Shown here piece by piece: positions 10,253-20,313 of a DNA stretch of 59,712 nucleotides. Below the pieces are notes generated by a model. The model was not told the DNA's origin. It saw only the letters and a list, made by a program, of their open reading frames with translations, and made no database searches. Source of the stretch: Paratractidigestivibacter sp. (GTDB taxonomy: Bacteria > Planctomycetota > Planctomycetia > Pirellulales > Thermoguttaceae). The stretch spans positions 20,678 through 80,389 of the forward strand of contig CAVGEG010000002.1 in the NCBI GenBank assembly GCA_963628165.1. The letters are read 5' to 3'. The translations under genes and the position numbers were made by a program. Each line of letters starts with the position of its first letter. Position 1 is the stretch's first letter.

Positions 10253-11689
10253 TCAGTTGGCGTACCAGGAGTTGGACTCGAAGTTGACGGCGAAGGAATC
10301 GAGGGTATCGTCGACCTTCACGTTGTTTTCGAGGGGTTCCCAAGGATTGACGAGAACGCCGCCGGTGACGGAGACGACGCCGTTTCCAGCGCGACGGGCG
10401 AGAGAATCGCTAGCGACTTGCGCGGGAGCGGCAAGGGCGGGAATCTGCGTGGAACCGATAAGTTCGGTCAGCTGGCAACCAGCCTTCTTCTGGAGATTTT
10501 CGCGATAGATCAACGCGGCGACGAGAGCGACGTCCATGCATCCGCGCGCTTCGGCGAAGACGGGCTCGGCCTTGGCGATATCGTCGTAACGTTCGTTCAT
10601 TCTTTCGGCGAACTTTTCGGCGACCGCGTCGCGCTTCGCGCTAACTTGGCGTTCGCCGGCGGTCGTGAAGTATTCGCGTTCCGTCATAACGTTGACGCTC
10701 GCTTCGGAAAGCTTCCAGACGTTCGCGTCGTCGCTACGATAGATCGTGTCATACTTGGGTTCCATCCAGAAACGTTGAGCGTAAGCGCTCTTGGAACCGG
10801 GACGGATCATGCTGAAGTAGCTCTTGAAGTTCTTGACGTTGATTTCGTCGAAGCCCAGAGAGACTCTCTTGAGTCGATAGTCGGCGGCGACGAGAACGTT
10901 CGCCATGCGGCTGTCGGCGGGGATACCAGTAAGGGTCACGTTCATGTTGCCCATCGCAGCGACGTTGAGTTCAGGATTCGCGCGATTCGGCAAAGACGCG
11001 AGGCGTGCAAGAGCTTCCTGGCTGGGGTCGATCGAGCAGGAGATGAGTTCGTGATTGTCGGCGGTCAACGCGCGCACCGCGACGATCAAATCTTCGAGCT
11101 GATAGACGGGCTTGCCGGATTTAGAGCCGACGATCGCGCCGTTTTCGGCGACGATCCAAGGCTCGGCGGCTCCGACGAGGTAAATATCGTTCGCTTCAGG
11201 ATCGGCGACGACGTACTCAATGGAGGTCAACCCGCCAAGGTAACGAATGGCGTCGGCGACTTTGAGATTATTCTCGGCGCTTTCCTTAAGGATCGCGTCA
11301 ATGCGCTTGAGGGAGATCTTGCGAGAGTCGGAAGGCTTGCTCAAATCTTCCGGAATCGCTTCCATCTGCGCGAGAATTTCGGCGGTCGACGCTTGCAATT
11401 CACCCTGAGTCGCGTTGCGAAGGATACGATTGGAGTCGATCATCACGCCGCCGACGCTACTGCGGTAACCGTAGCGATAGTAAGCGTTGTCGTAATCGCT
11501 GTTGTTGTTATTGTTGTTATTATTATTGTTGTTGTTGTTATTATTATTATTGTTGTTATTGTTGTTATTGTTGTTATTCGCGCACATTCCCTGCGGGGTC
11601 AAACAGGCTAAAAGTCCAAGTAGAAGGAACGTGCAAAGCGCCGTTCTAGCGACGCGGAACGTCGAGGTCGTGATATGGTTAAGTTTCAT
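10253..11689 (-). CDS. Secreted protein with an N-terminal 26-residue poly-asparagine tract
   Basis: A 478-aa ORF has a signal-like N-terminus (ALCTFLLLGLLACLTPQGMCA) followed directly by N x26. The globular remainder has no motif I can name with confidence. Confidence 0.75.
   Translation of the reverse strand: MKLNHITTSTFRVARTALCTFLLLGLLACLTPQGMCANNNNNNNNNNNNNNNNNNNNNNNNNNSDYDNAYYRYGYRSSVGGVMIDSNRILRNATQGELQASTAEILAQMEAIPEDLSKPSDSRKISLKRIDAILKESAENNLKVADAIRYLGGLTSIEYVVADPEANDIYLVGAAEPWIVAENGAIVGSKSGKPVYQLEDLIVAVRALTADNHELISCSIDPSQEALARLASLPNRANPELNVAAMGNMNVTLTGIPADSRMANVLVAADYRLKRVSLGFDEINVKNFKSYFSMIRPGSKSAYAQRFWMEPKYDTIYRSDDANVWKLSEASVNVMTEREYFTTAGERQVSAKRDAVAEKFAERMNERYDDIAKAEPVFAEARGCMDVALVAALIYRENLQKKAGCQLTELIGSTQIPALAAPAQVASDSLARRAGNGVVSVTGGVLVNPWEPLENNVKVDDTLDSFAVNFESNSWYAN
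11501..11578 (-). repeat. (AAY)26 trinucleotide tract encoding poly-Asn
   Basis: The + strand reads 26 consecutive GTT or ATT triplets across 11501-11578. Confidence 0.95.
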
Positions 11690-12088
11690 TTTAGTCCTCT
11701 ATCAGGTTCTTTTATCATCGCGTCGCGCGCGAAATAACAGCCGATTAACCGCGCCGACGCGTCCCGCGTCGATAGCGCGCGCGCCGTTCACGTCAGTCGG
11801 CGCGCCGCGCATACGCCCTTTTGACTCCCAACGTATGCGCGAGTTAAGTTCGTAGAAGTCTCCGACGCTTCTCGTCGGTAGGCTATACAACTTAACTATC
11901 TTAAAAGATTAACCTGGAGCCCGCGCAGACGCAAGTATATTCCTAAAAATTTTTACCTTTTTTCACAACTTTTTCTCAAAAAACTTCACTAATCGTCTCA
12001 TTCGTTTTTACCCTTTTAAAACCTCTCTTTTTACACGTCCCACTTACCCGAGGTTTCCAAAAAAAATTGAAGCGCTATGAGAAATTCT

Positions 12089-12117
12089 TTGACACGGCGC
12101 GTCGATTTTATTAGAAT
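12089..12117 (+). promoter_or_regulatory. Sigma70-like promoter upstream of the 12194 gene
   Basis: TTGACA (12089-12094), a 17-nt spacer, then TAGAAT (12112-12117), about 77 nt upstream of the ATG. Confidence 0.45.
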
Positions 12118-12193
12118 AATAACGGCAACGTATAATGAATATGCGCTTTCATCGCCTTAAAGCGTGTTTTTCCCCATACAGAGGATAAGACTT

Positions 12194-15100
12194 ATGAAAA
12201 AACTCCTATGCGCGTTCGCGATTTGCGCGACGCTCCTCTTATGTCTCGAAACCCAGGCGCGGCAATTTCCCGGCAATGACAACGACCGACCTATGAATAC
12301 GGTCGAATCGGTGCGTCGCGCGATTAACGATATGATAACGCAGTTTGGCGACGAATACGCCGACGGCGAAGCCTATCTCGAAGAACTCGACGCTCTCGAA
12401 AAAGAAGAGCCCAAAGACGCAGCGTGGGGAGAACGGTTCGCCGCGTTCCGTCGCAAAGCGCTCCTCGCGCTCCCCGAACTCGACGACCTTGAACTCGTCG
12501 TCGTCAGAACGAACCGTCTTCCCGCTGTCGGCGATGACTTTATGACAATCGACAAAGTCTCCAAGGGCGGATGGAACGCGCAACTCGGGATTCTCTCGAA
12601 TCTTCGCGATCCTGAACCGACCTTCACGACGATCTATCAGCCCGAGAACGGGCGCCCGATCCTCGAGCCCGAGCTTAACTGGGACGGCGAACGCATCATG
12701 TTCACAAGCGTCTCGGAAGACAATAAGCGCTGGGCGATCTTCGAAATCAACGTCGACGGAACAGGACTCAAGACTCTTTCCCCGACCGATCAGCCCGACG
12801 TCGACTTCTTCGACTCTTGCTATACCCCCGAAGGAAAGGTCGTCGCTTGCTCTAACGCGGGCAAACAGGGTCTTCCGTGCATCAACGGTTCCGACCCGAT
12901 GGCGAATATCTACCTCATCGATCCGGAAACCAAGAAAGTTCGCCAACTTACCTTCGAACAGGACTCCGATTGGCATCCGACTCCGTTGAAAAACGGTCGC
13001 ATCATGTATTTGCGCTGGGAATACAGCGACATCATGCACTATTACAGCCGCATCCTCTTCCACATGAATCCGGATGGAACGAACCAAGCGGAACTCTACG
13101 GCTCCGGGTCTCTCTTCCCGACCGCCTTCAAGCACGCGCGCGAGTTCCCCGACTCCTCCAAGATCGTCGGTATCGGCTCTGGACACCATGGGCGCGGCGA
13201 CACCGGTCGTCTTCTCATCATCGATCCGACGATCGCGCGCAAGTATCCCTTCCGTTATCGTCCGACCAGTCTCGAATGGGGGCCTGAAAACACGCAATTC
13301 GACGCGCATCCCGACGTCCTTCCCGCCGAACAAACCGGTTTCGTCGCCGAAATTCCTGGATACGGACGCGACGTCGTCGGAAACGTTCTCGACATGCAGT
13401 CCACCGGACTCAAATATAACTTCACTTTCCCCTATCCTCTTTGCGAAAACTACATTCTCGTCAACTGCGAAATTGACGGAGCCCCCGGAACATATGGGCT
13501 TTATCTTGTCGATACCTTCGACAATATGACCCCCATCAGCGTTATTAAGGGCGAAGGATACTTCTTCCCCACCCCTCTCGTCGAACGCGATCTTCCCCCC
13601 GTGCTCCCGAACCGCGTTGAAGAAGGCTCCAAAGAAGCGACCGTCTTCATCACCGACGTGTACAACGGCTTAGGAACGAAAGACGTTCCGCGTGGCGAAA
13701 TCGTCGGTCTCAAGCTCTTCGCCTATCACTTCGCGTATCTCCACACCGGCGGTCACGAATCTGTCGGCGTCCAAAGCAGTTGGGATATCAAACGCCTTCT
13801 CGGATATGTTCCCGTCGAAGAGGACGGCTCCGCCTTCTTCAAGATTCCCGCCAACACGCCGATTTCGATCCAACCGGTCGACAAAAACGGCGCGGCGATC
13901 CAACTCTTCCGTAGCTGGTTTGTCGGCATGCCCGGCGAAAACGCGAGCTGCAACGGTTGCCATGAATCTCAACTCGACGCCACGCAGTCCGTCTTGACAA
14001 TGGCGTCGCGTCGCGAACCCAGCGAGATCCAAGATTACCTCGGCTCGGCGCGTCCGATCACCTTTGAGCTCGATCTCTATCACCGCGTCGTCAAAAAGTA
14101 CTGCATCGGTTGCCATGACGGCTCTAAAGACGATCGTCCTTCCTTCGCTGACGCAAAATCCGCTTACGACAACATCCATCCCTTCGTGCGACGCCCCGGT
14201 CCAGAAACCGACATGGACGTCCTTCCCCCTTACGAATACCACGCGTCGACGAGCGAACTCCTCCAGATGCTCGAAAAGGGGCACTACGGAGTTAAGATCG
14301 ACGACGAAGCGTATCGTCTGATCGTCAACTGGATCGACTTCAACGCTCCATGGCGCGGCAAATGGGGCAACGAACAAGAGTCGAAGCGTCGTCTTGAACT
14401 CTCCGAACTCTACGCCGATTCCGCCGCGGTCGACGTCGAATCCGAATACGACGCTCTCCTGAACGAACGCCGCGCTATGCCCGCGCCCGAATTCGTCCAG
14501 CCTGAAAAGACGCCTGAACGCAAAGACGATCTCGGCTCCGCCTGGGCCTTCGACGAAGCGACCGCTAAAGAGCTCCAGAAGCAGGCGCTCGACGGCGGCG
14601 CTGAGACGAAGACGGTCGAACTCACCCCCGGCGTCAGTATCGAATTTGTCCGCATCCCCGCGGGCCAGTTCATCATGGGTTCTCTCGACGGATGCTGGGA
14701 CGAATATCCTCGCGCCGTCGTCACGATCGACAAGCCTTTCTGGATGAGCAAGACGGAAGTCACGAACGCGCAGTACGAAGTCTACGATCCGGAACACGAC
14801 ACGCGTTATATCGAAGAACATGGTAAAGACCACATCGTTCCCGGTTATATCGCGAACCATCCGAACCAGCCCGTCGCGCGCGTAAGCTGGAACGAAGCGC
14901 AACGTTTCGTCGAATGGCTCCGCACGGAAAAGGGCGTCAACGCCTCGCTCCCGACGGAAGCGCAATGGGAATGGGCCGCGCGCGCGGGTAGCGCCGAAAA
15001 GTTCTACTTCGGACCTTTCGAAGCGGACTTCTCGAAGTACGCGAACCTCGCCGACGCGGATCGTCGAAGACTCTACACGACGTGGGAAAACGGCGCGACG

Positions 15101-15445
15101 ATTCACGTGCGTCACAACTATCCCGAAAATAGCGTCTTCCCGTTGCGCGACGATCGTTTCACCGACCACTGGTTCATCGTCGATTACGTCGCTCAAAACA
15201 TCCCCAACGCGTGGGGGCTTTACGACATGATCGGAAACGTCGCCGAGTGGACGCGAACCGATTATAAAGCATATCCTTACAACGACGCAGACGGGCGCAA
15301 CTCCTTCGACGCCAAAGAGCGCAAAACCGCTCGCGGAGCGTCGTGGGCCGATCGCCCCAAGATCGCCGGCAGCGCTTTCCGCCAGGCGTATCTCCCGTGG
15401 CAGAAAGTGCATAACGTCGGAATCCGTCTCGTAATCGAAGACTGA
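12194..15445 (+). CDS. Secreted multidomain protein: N-terminal propeller-like region, two CXXCH motifs, C-terminal FGE/SUMF1-type domain
   Basis: The start at MKKLLCAFAICATLLL looks like a signal peptide. CNGCH lies at 13949-13963 and CIGCH at 14102-14116. The C-terminal approximately 300 aa carry FGE-sulfatase family blocks (RVSWNEAQRFVEWL, WGLYDMIGNVAEWT, RGASWADRP). Confidence 0.85.
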   Translation: MKKLLCAFAICATLLLCLETQARQFPGNDNDRPMNTVESVRRAINDMITQFGDEYADGEAYLEELDALEKEEPKDAAWGERFAAFRRKALLALPELDDLELVVVRTNRLPAVGDDFMTIDKVSKGGWNAQLGILSNLRDPEPTFTTIYQPENGRPILEPELNWDGERIMFTSVSEDNKRWAIFEINVDGTGLKTLSPTDQPDVDFFDSCYTPEGKVVACSNAGKQGLPCINGSDPMANIYLIDPETKKVRQLTFEQDSDWHPTPLKNGRIMYLRWEYSDIMHYYSRILFHMNPDGTNQAELYGSGSLFPTAFKHAREFPDSSKIVGIGSGHHGRGDTGRLLIIDPTIARKYPFRYRPTSLEWGPENTQFDAHPDVLPAEQTGFVAEIPGYGRDVVGNVLDMQSTGLKYNFTFPYPLCENYILVNCEIDGAPGTYGLYLVDTFDNMTPISVIKGEGYFFPTPLVERDLPPVLPNRVEEGSKEATVFITDVYNGLGTKDVPRGEIVGLKLFAYHFAYLHTGGHESVGVQSSWDIKRLLGYVPVEEDGSAFFKIPANTPISIQPVDKNGAAIQLFRSWFVGMPGENASCNGCHESQLDATQSVLTMASRREPSEIQDYLGSARPITFELDLYHRVVKKYCIGCHDGSKDDRPSFADAKSAYDNIHPFVRRPGPETDMDVLPPYEYHASTSELLQMLEKGHYGVKIDDEAYRLIVNWIDFNAPWRGKWGNEQESKRRLELSELYADSAAVDVESEYDALLNERRAMPAPEFVQPEKTPERKDDLGSAWAFDEATAKELQKQALDGGAETKTVELTPGVSIEFVRIPAGQFIMGSLDGCWDEYPRAVVTIDKPFWMSKTEVTNAQYEVYDPEHDTRYIEEHGKDHIVPGYIANHPNQPVARVSWNEAQRFVEWLRTEKGVNASLPTEAQWEWAARAGSAEKFYFGPFEADFSKYANLADADRRRLYTTWENGATIHVRHNYPENSVFPLRDDRFTDHWFIVDYVAQNIPNAWGLYDMIGNVAEWTRTDYKAYPYNDADGRNSFDAKERKTARGASWADRPKIAGSAFRQAYLPWQKVHNVGIRLVIED

Positions 15446-15460
15446 GCGATTCCTTAAAAT

Positions 15461-15503
15461 GCGCGCGCGAGATCCCTTCCTGCGCGCGTCTCTTCTTTTT
15501 TTC
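15461..15503 (+). terminator. Rho-independent terminator
   Basis: The GC stem gcgcgcgc (15461-15468) pairs with gcgcgcg (15482-15489) and is followed by a T-rich run, tctcttcttttttt. Confidence 0.5.
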
Positions 15504-15519
15504 TACCTCTTTCAAGACT

Positions 15520-16431
15520 ATGGCGATAGAAATTGAATATAAAGGAAGGCGTCGCGTCGTCGACTCCATTGAACTCTTTAGTCTTGCTGCGAACGGCGAA
15601 ATCACGGCCCAAACGCGTCTATGGTTTAACGGCGTAGAAAGCGTCTGCGGCAAAGTTCGCGGAATCGTCTTTTCCAACGGCAAAACGGCGGCGGCTCCTC
15701 AGGGAACTCCAACACCCTTCCCGCGCGTTTCAACGCCGTATCTTGACTACATGATCGGCGGCGGCTCCACCCCCTTCGTCATTTGCTACCTCTCCAGCGG
15801 CGCCGCCGTCTATAGCGGCGCGGGGGGGCGAGTCTGGATGAAGGGGCCGATCCGTTTTGAAACAAGCGCAAGCGGCGGTTTTAAGGCGTCTTTTGGGCGC
15901 TGGCTCTCCGGTGAAACCTTTTTCATGTCGCGATATGTCGCGCAAGGGCCCTCGGAAATCGCGTTCGCGCCGCCCCTTCCTGGAAGCGTCACGGCGAGGG
16001 TTCTCGGGCACGGCGAATCGATCATTTGTCAACAAGGAGCGTTCCTCGCCGCGTCGTCGAGCGTCTCCCTAAGAGTCCATTTTCAGGAAAGACTCGGGAC
16101 GGGTCTCTTTGGCGGCGAAGGGTTCGTGATGCAACGCATTACCGGACCGGGAGTCGTCTTCCTTGAACTCACCGGCGGCGCGTACGAATATATACTGCAA
16201 CCAGGCGAAAGACTCGTTTGCGACACGGGCGCGCTCGCGTGGATGGATGAAACGTGCCAAATGTCGGTTCAAGCGGTTCGCGGTTTGAAAAATATTCTTT
16301 TCGGAGGGGAAGGCTTCTTCGACACAATCATCACCGGTCCGGGTCGAGTAACCCTCCACTCGATGAGTATCGAAACGACGGCGAAAACATTGGCGCCGAT
16401 TATCGGTTCGTTGCTCCCGAATAGACAATAA
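15520..16431 (+). CDS. AIM24 (TIGR00266/DUF124) family protein with a short N-terminal extra domain
   Basis: GGEGF blocks recur (LFGGEGFVMQRITGPGVVFLE and LFGGEGFFDTIITGPGRVTLHSM), as is typical of AIM24. The N-terminal 60 aa resemble a GYF_2-like module, but only weakly. Confidence 0.75.
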   Translation: MAIEIEYKGRRRVVDSIELFSLAANGEITAQTRLWFNGVESVCGKVRGIVFSNGKTAAAPQGTPTPFPRVSTPYLDYMIGGGSTPFVICYLSSGAAVYSGAGGRVWMKGPIRFETSASGGFKASFGRWLSGETFFMSRYVAQGPSEIAFAPPLPGSVTARVLGHGESIICQQGAFLAASSSVSLRVHFQERLGTGLFGGEGFVMQRITGPGVVFLELTGGAYEYILQPGERLVCDTGALAWMDETCQMSVQAVRGLKNILFGGEGFFDTIITGPGRVTLHSMSIETTAKTLAPIIGSLLPNRQ

Positions 16432-16481
16432 GAATAACCCTTTTTCCCATATCATCGCGTCATCACATAAAGGACACCGTT

Positions 16482-17159
16482 ATGAAAAGAAAACTCTTTA
16501 CCGCGCTCTCTTTCGCGCTCCTTTTCACCCTGGCGTTCACCTTCGGCGCCAACGCGCAGGACGCCTCCCAAGAGCAACTTCCGAAATTCAAGAAGAACGC
16601 GCTCTCCCTCTATCTGAGTCCCTCCAATCAGATTCGCAACATTGGGTTCGGCGAATACGGTTCTGAAAAAGAACGGATGAACGAAGTCGCCGACGTCATG
16701 GTTCCGATTCTCGAGAAGCAAGGGATCAAAGTTTATCGCAACGACCCGGGAAAGACCATCCGCGACTATACCGCCGAGGCGAATAAGCACAATGCGGATC
16801 TCTACTTAGCGGTTCACTCAAACGCCTTCAACGGCAAAGTGCGCGGAACGGAAGTCTATTGTCATCGCAAGGGCGGTGAAGGCGAACGTTTCGCGAAACT
16901 CATCAACGAGGAACTTTTGAAGATTTATAGCGGCCCCAATCGCGGCGTCCGCGAAAGCTACAATCGTTACGGCGAAGGAAAACCGATGCACGAACCGTCG
17001 GCGTCGAATATGCCCGCATGCCTCGTTGAAATCGCCTTCCACGACAATGAAGAAGACGGCAATTGGATCATCGCGAATATCGATGAAATCGGGCTCGCGC
17101 TCTCTCGAGCCGTCCTCCTTCATTTTGCGCAGGAACATCCCGATCAGCTCCTTAAATGA
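16482..17159 (+). CDS. N-acetylmuramoyl-L-alanine amidase (Amidase_3 family), secreted
   Basis: A signal peptide is followed by LYLAVHSNAFNG...GTEVYCH and CLVEIAFHDNEED blocks. Confidence 0.85.
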   Translation: MKRKLFTALSFALLFTLAFTFGANAQDASQEQLPKFKKNALSLYLSPSNQIRNIGFGEYGSEKERMNEVADVMVPILEKQGIKVYRNDPGKTIRDYTAEANKHNADLYLAVHSNAFNGKVRGTEVYCHRKGGEGERFAKLINEELLKIYSGPNRGVRESYNRYGEGKPMHEPSASNMPACLVEIAFHDNEEDGNWIIANIDEIGLALSRAVLLHFAQEHPDQLLK

Positions 17160-17199
17160 GCTCAATTATTTACATTAAGTTCTTTTAACGAAATCAGAT

Positions 17200-18414
17200 A
17201 TGAAAACAGCCTATTTAACCGCCGGCGTCCCCACGACAAGCGCGACCCTCTATTGGAAGATGCGTTTTCTCGTGGGCGATCCCGCCGCGGTGATCGAATT
17301 TGACGAAGACCGAACCTTCCCGGAAGCGAAAAAATCGACGAACGCCCTCTCTCCGAAAAAGCCTGGGCAGACTCGACTTCTGATCTTACGCGACATTGAA
17401 AACGAACGCGCCGCGAGTCGCGCCGCCGCCGATTTCGTCGCGTGTCCCGCCGACTTCACCCCGGACACGGGACTCTCAGGAGACCGTGAAATCGCGACGG
17501 CGCAAAGCGTCGCGGAAGCGTGTCGTCGCACGGGAGTGGAACGGATCGTCTCCGACCGCACCCTTCCCCTCGTGTACGTCTCCGCCCTCGCCGACGCGGG
17601 AATCGAATGCAAATGCGACGTCTGGCGCGGCGTCGTAGAACGTCGCTCTAAGGACAAGACGGAGCTCGATTACATTCGCGAAGCGCAACTCGCGACGGAA
17701 GAAGCAATCCGCCTCGCGTGCAAACGCGTGGCGACTGCGACCGCTGACGAACAGGGGCGTCTCGTCGCCCTCGACGGCGAACTCCTCACCTCGGATAATA
17801 TGCGCACTTTCATCGACCGCACCCTTCTCGATATGAAATATCAGAATGTGCCGTCGATCGTCGCGGGAAAGAAAGACGGCGGCGATTGCCATAATTACGG
17901 CTCGGGATACCTCTATACGGGAGAACCGATCATCATCGACGTTTTCCCAATGAGTAAAGCGACGCTGTATAACGGCGACTGCACGCGCACGGTCGTGCAC
18001 GGAATCATCGCGCCGGAATACCGTCGGATGATGGAAGCGATTTGCGCGGCGAAAGCGGCGGCGATGAGGACGATTCGCGCGGGCGTCACCGGTGAAGACG
18101 TGCATCGCGCGACGATCGAAGCTCTCGAAGCTTACGGGTACGGTTACGCGGCGCCGGGAACGGAAGAAGCCGAGAATAATCCGCGCCTAACGCACGGCAC
18201 GGGGCACGGACTTGGATTGTCGATTCACGAACCTCCGCTACTCGACTTCCGCGGTCCCGAACTTGTGGCGGGGGACGTCGTGTCGGTTGAGCCGGGTCTT
18301 TACGACAAACGCCTCGGGGGAATTCGATCGGAAGATATCGTCGCCGTCACGGAAACAGGTTGCGTTAATCTGGGCAATCCCCTTCCTGAAACGTTGGACT
18401 GGCTCGACGTTTAA
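17200..18414 (+). CDS. M24 family Xaa-Pro aminopeptidase
   Basis: Metal-ligand blocks are present: DVFP...YNGDCTRT, HGTGHGLGLSIHEPP, VSVEPGLY and SEDIV. Confidence 0.88.
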   Translation: MKTAYLTAGVPTTSATLYWKMRFLVGDPAAVIEFDEDRTFPEAKKSTNALSPKKPGQTRLLILRDIENERAASRAAADFVACPADFTPDTGLSGDREIATAQSVAEACRRTGVERIVSDRTLPLVYVSALADAGIECKCDVWRGVVERRSKDKTELDYIREAQLATEEAIRLACKRVATATADEQGRLVALDGELLTSDNMRTFIDRTLLDMKYQNVPSIVAGKKDGGDCHNYGSGYLYTGEPIIIDVFPMSKATLYNGDCTRTVVHGIIAPEYRRMMEAICAAKAAAMRTIRAGVTGEDVHRATIEALEAYGYGYAAPGTEEAENNPRLTHGTGHGLGLSIHEPPLLDFRGPELVAGDVVSVEPGLYDKRLGGIRSEDIVAVTETGCVNLGNPLPETLDWLDV

Positions 18415-18442
18415 GGACGAAGCGTTAAAATAAACGGGTCGC

Positions 18443-18476
18443 GTCGGGACGTCGCTAGCGGCGTTCCGACTTTTTT
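18443..18476 (+). terminator. Rho-independent terminator
   Basis: An imperfect stem gtcgggacg / cgttccgac is followed by TTTTTTA. Confidence 0.45.
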
Positions 18477-18494
18477 ATAGAAAGAGGTTCATGA

Positions 18495-19136
18495 ATGAGA
18501 AAAGTCGTCCAAGTTAGTCTCCGACGCAAAATTGCTTTTCCGCTGTTTATTCTCTTCCTCATGCTCTGCTACGGGACGTACCTTCAAATCACTTTTATCG
18601 ACGCGAATAAGACGGCGCAGGAGGAATGGCAAAGCCTCCGGGCAAGCATTACGGAGCGCGAAGAGGGTTCGAAGACCTTAGAGAAAGTCGTTAAAAGTTT
18701 TCTTGAGTCGCGTCCTTCCGCCGCCGACGAAGAAGAGCAAGGCAAGCGGGACGCGTTGGAGAAATCGGTTGCGGAAATGCGAAACGCGACCGCGAAACTC
18801 GCGGGGGCGCAATCTCCAAGCGCCGCGGCGGACGCCGATTTCACCCTTTCGCAGAAATTCGTCGACTTTTTTAAAGCGGCGGAGCCCTTCCAAGAGTTGC
18901 GCAACGCGTTCGACTATAGAAGCGCGTTAGAAGATTTGGCGTCGGCGCAAACGAACCTCACCGACGCGCGCGGACGATATAACGCCGCCGTCTCAACGAT
19001 CAACGCCAAGATTACGACTTTTCCCGGCCCCTTCGTCGCTCCGATCTTTCACCTCGAACCCCTTGAATACTTCAACGCGCTCGATCCTGAAGAAAAAGAA
19101 CAAATCGCTAAGAAAGCGGCGAAAGATAAAGAATAA
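18495..19136 (+). CDS. LemA family membrane protein
   Basis: It has an N-terminal TM segment and the LemA-type block ARGRYNAAVSTINAKITTFPGPFVA. Confidence 0.72.
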   Translation: MRKVVQVSLRRKIAFPLFILFLMLCYGTYLQITFIDANKTAQEEWQSLRASITEREEGSKTLEKVVKSFLESRPSAADEEEQGKRDALEKSVAEMRNATAKLAGAQSPSAAADADFTLSQKFVDFFKAAEPFQELRNAFDYRSALEDLASAQTNLTDARGRYNAAVSTINAKITTFPGPFVAPIFHLEPLEYFNALDPEEKEQIAKKAAKDKE

Positions 19137-19145
19137 CGCGCGGTT

Positions 19146-20096
19146 TCAACGCTTCTCCTCATGGGACGCGATAAACTCGTTCCAGAGTTCCTGGCACGTC
19201 TTCCCATATTCTTCGACGACGAATTTCTCGACGCTACGGCGCGAGCGGAAAACGTTGTGAATTTTCTTAATGAACTCCGGATCCTTGTTTTCGACAAGCC
19301 ATTCGAAGAAGGTCGCGGTGACGCCGTAGCTGTCGGTGTACTTCGAACGGGCCGGATCGACGCGCCACGAATTGCGCGAACGCGGTTCCGTCACGAAATA
19401 GCGGATCCAGTCCGTCATACCTTCCATCGCCCAGACTTCGCGAACGCGCGGATACGCCTGCGCGACGTGCGTCGTTTCGTGAATCACCAAGCCGAAATCA
19501 TTCGGACGCGCCTTGATATAACGGCTCGAAACAGTGATCTCGCGCCCCGCGGCATACGCCACGCCGTCCATCGGCTTGAAAACGAGACGAATTTTGAAAT
19601 CGTCGGGAATATTCGCCAACCCTTCTTCGCCGTCAAGCATCTCGACGACGCGCGGATACCAATATTCGACGCGACGCTTCGCGCGTTCCGCCCACTTCTG
19701 CGCGTCGGGCGCTTCCGTCGTGTCGATCTCGACGTCGATTTGTTTTTTCGGCGTCTCGCCAAGTCGTTCCCACGCGTCGCGCAGGTAGTCGCGCGCGCAT
19801 TCGGGAGCTTCGTCGATCGAGTCGAAGGACGCGTCGATCGACACGCTTTCCGCGCCGGGAACCTCGATCGTCGCGACAGAAGGCTCTTGTCCCTTCTTCG
19901 TCACGTTGACGACGACGCCGTCGGCGAGCGTCTTGCTCAAATAAATTGCGTCCCCTTCTTCGCGTCGCGTTTCTTCGCTTTCGAAACCTACCGCTTCAAT
20001 CGCCGAATCCAGAGCGAAGCTTTGAGAGGGAGTCGCGAAGGAACCAACGGTCGCGACGGTCGCGATCAGCGATAACGTAAGGCTTAGTTTTTTCAT
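19146..20096 (-). CDS. Secreted zinc metallopeptidase-like protein (basic secretory protein/BSP-like)
   Basis: A signal peptide (MKKLSLTLSLIATVATVGS) is present, and an HExxH site sits in the context ITVSSRYI...GLVIHETTHVAQ. Confidence 0.65.
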   Translation of the reverse strand: MKKLSLTLSLIATVATVGSFATPSQSFALDSAIEAVGFESEETRREEGDAIYLSKTLADGVVVNVTKKGQEPSVATIEVPGAESVSIDASFDSIDEAPECARDYLRDAWERLGETPKKQIDVEIDTTEAPDAQKWAERAKRRVEYWYPRVVEMLDGEEGLANIPDDFKIRLVFKPMDGVAYAAGREITVSSRYIKARPNDFGLVIHETTHVAQAYPRVREVWAMEGMTDWIRYFVTEPRSRNSWRVDPARSKYTDSYGVTATFFEWLVENKDPEFIKKIHNVFRSRRSVEKFVVEEYGKTCQELWNEFIASHEEKR

Positions 20097-20313
20097 GTGA
20101 TATTTTTCCTATTCAAAAAAATTTCGTCCAACGGACGACCTCTATTCGCGCGCTTTCACGGAAAAGGAGTTCGAAGAAGTTGCGCGTCGACCGCGCGGAA
20201 GCAAGACGCGCGACAGATTTTTTGTTATAATACCACGAAAACGCGCCAAAAACAAGTCGACGCGACCTTGACCAACGACGGAGCGCGAATCGCCGTACGA
20301 TTCGTAAAAAGAG

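Noticed and set aside
11502-11855. A + strand ORF beginning with a poly-Leu run.
   Set aside because: It is the antisense reading of the (AAY)26 poly-Asn tract and of the 5' region of the 10253..11689 gene.
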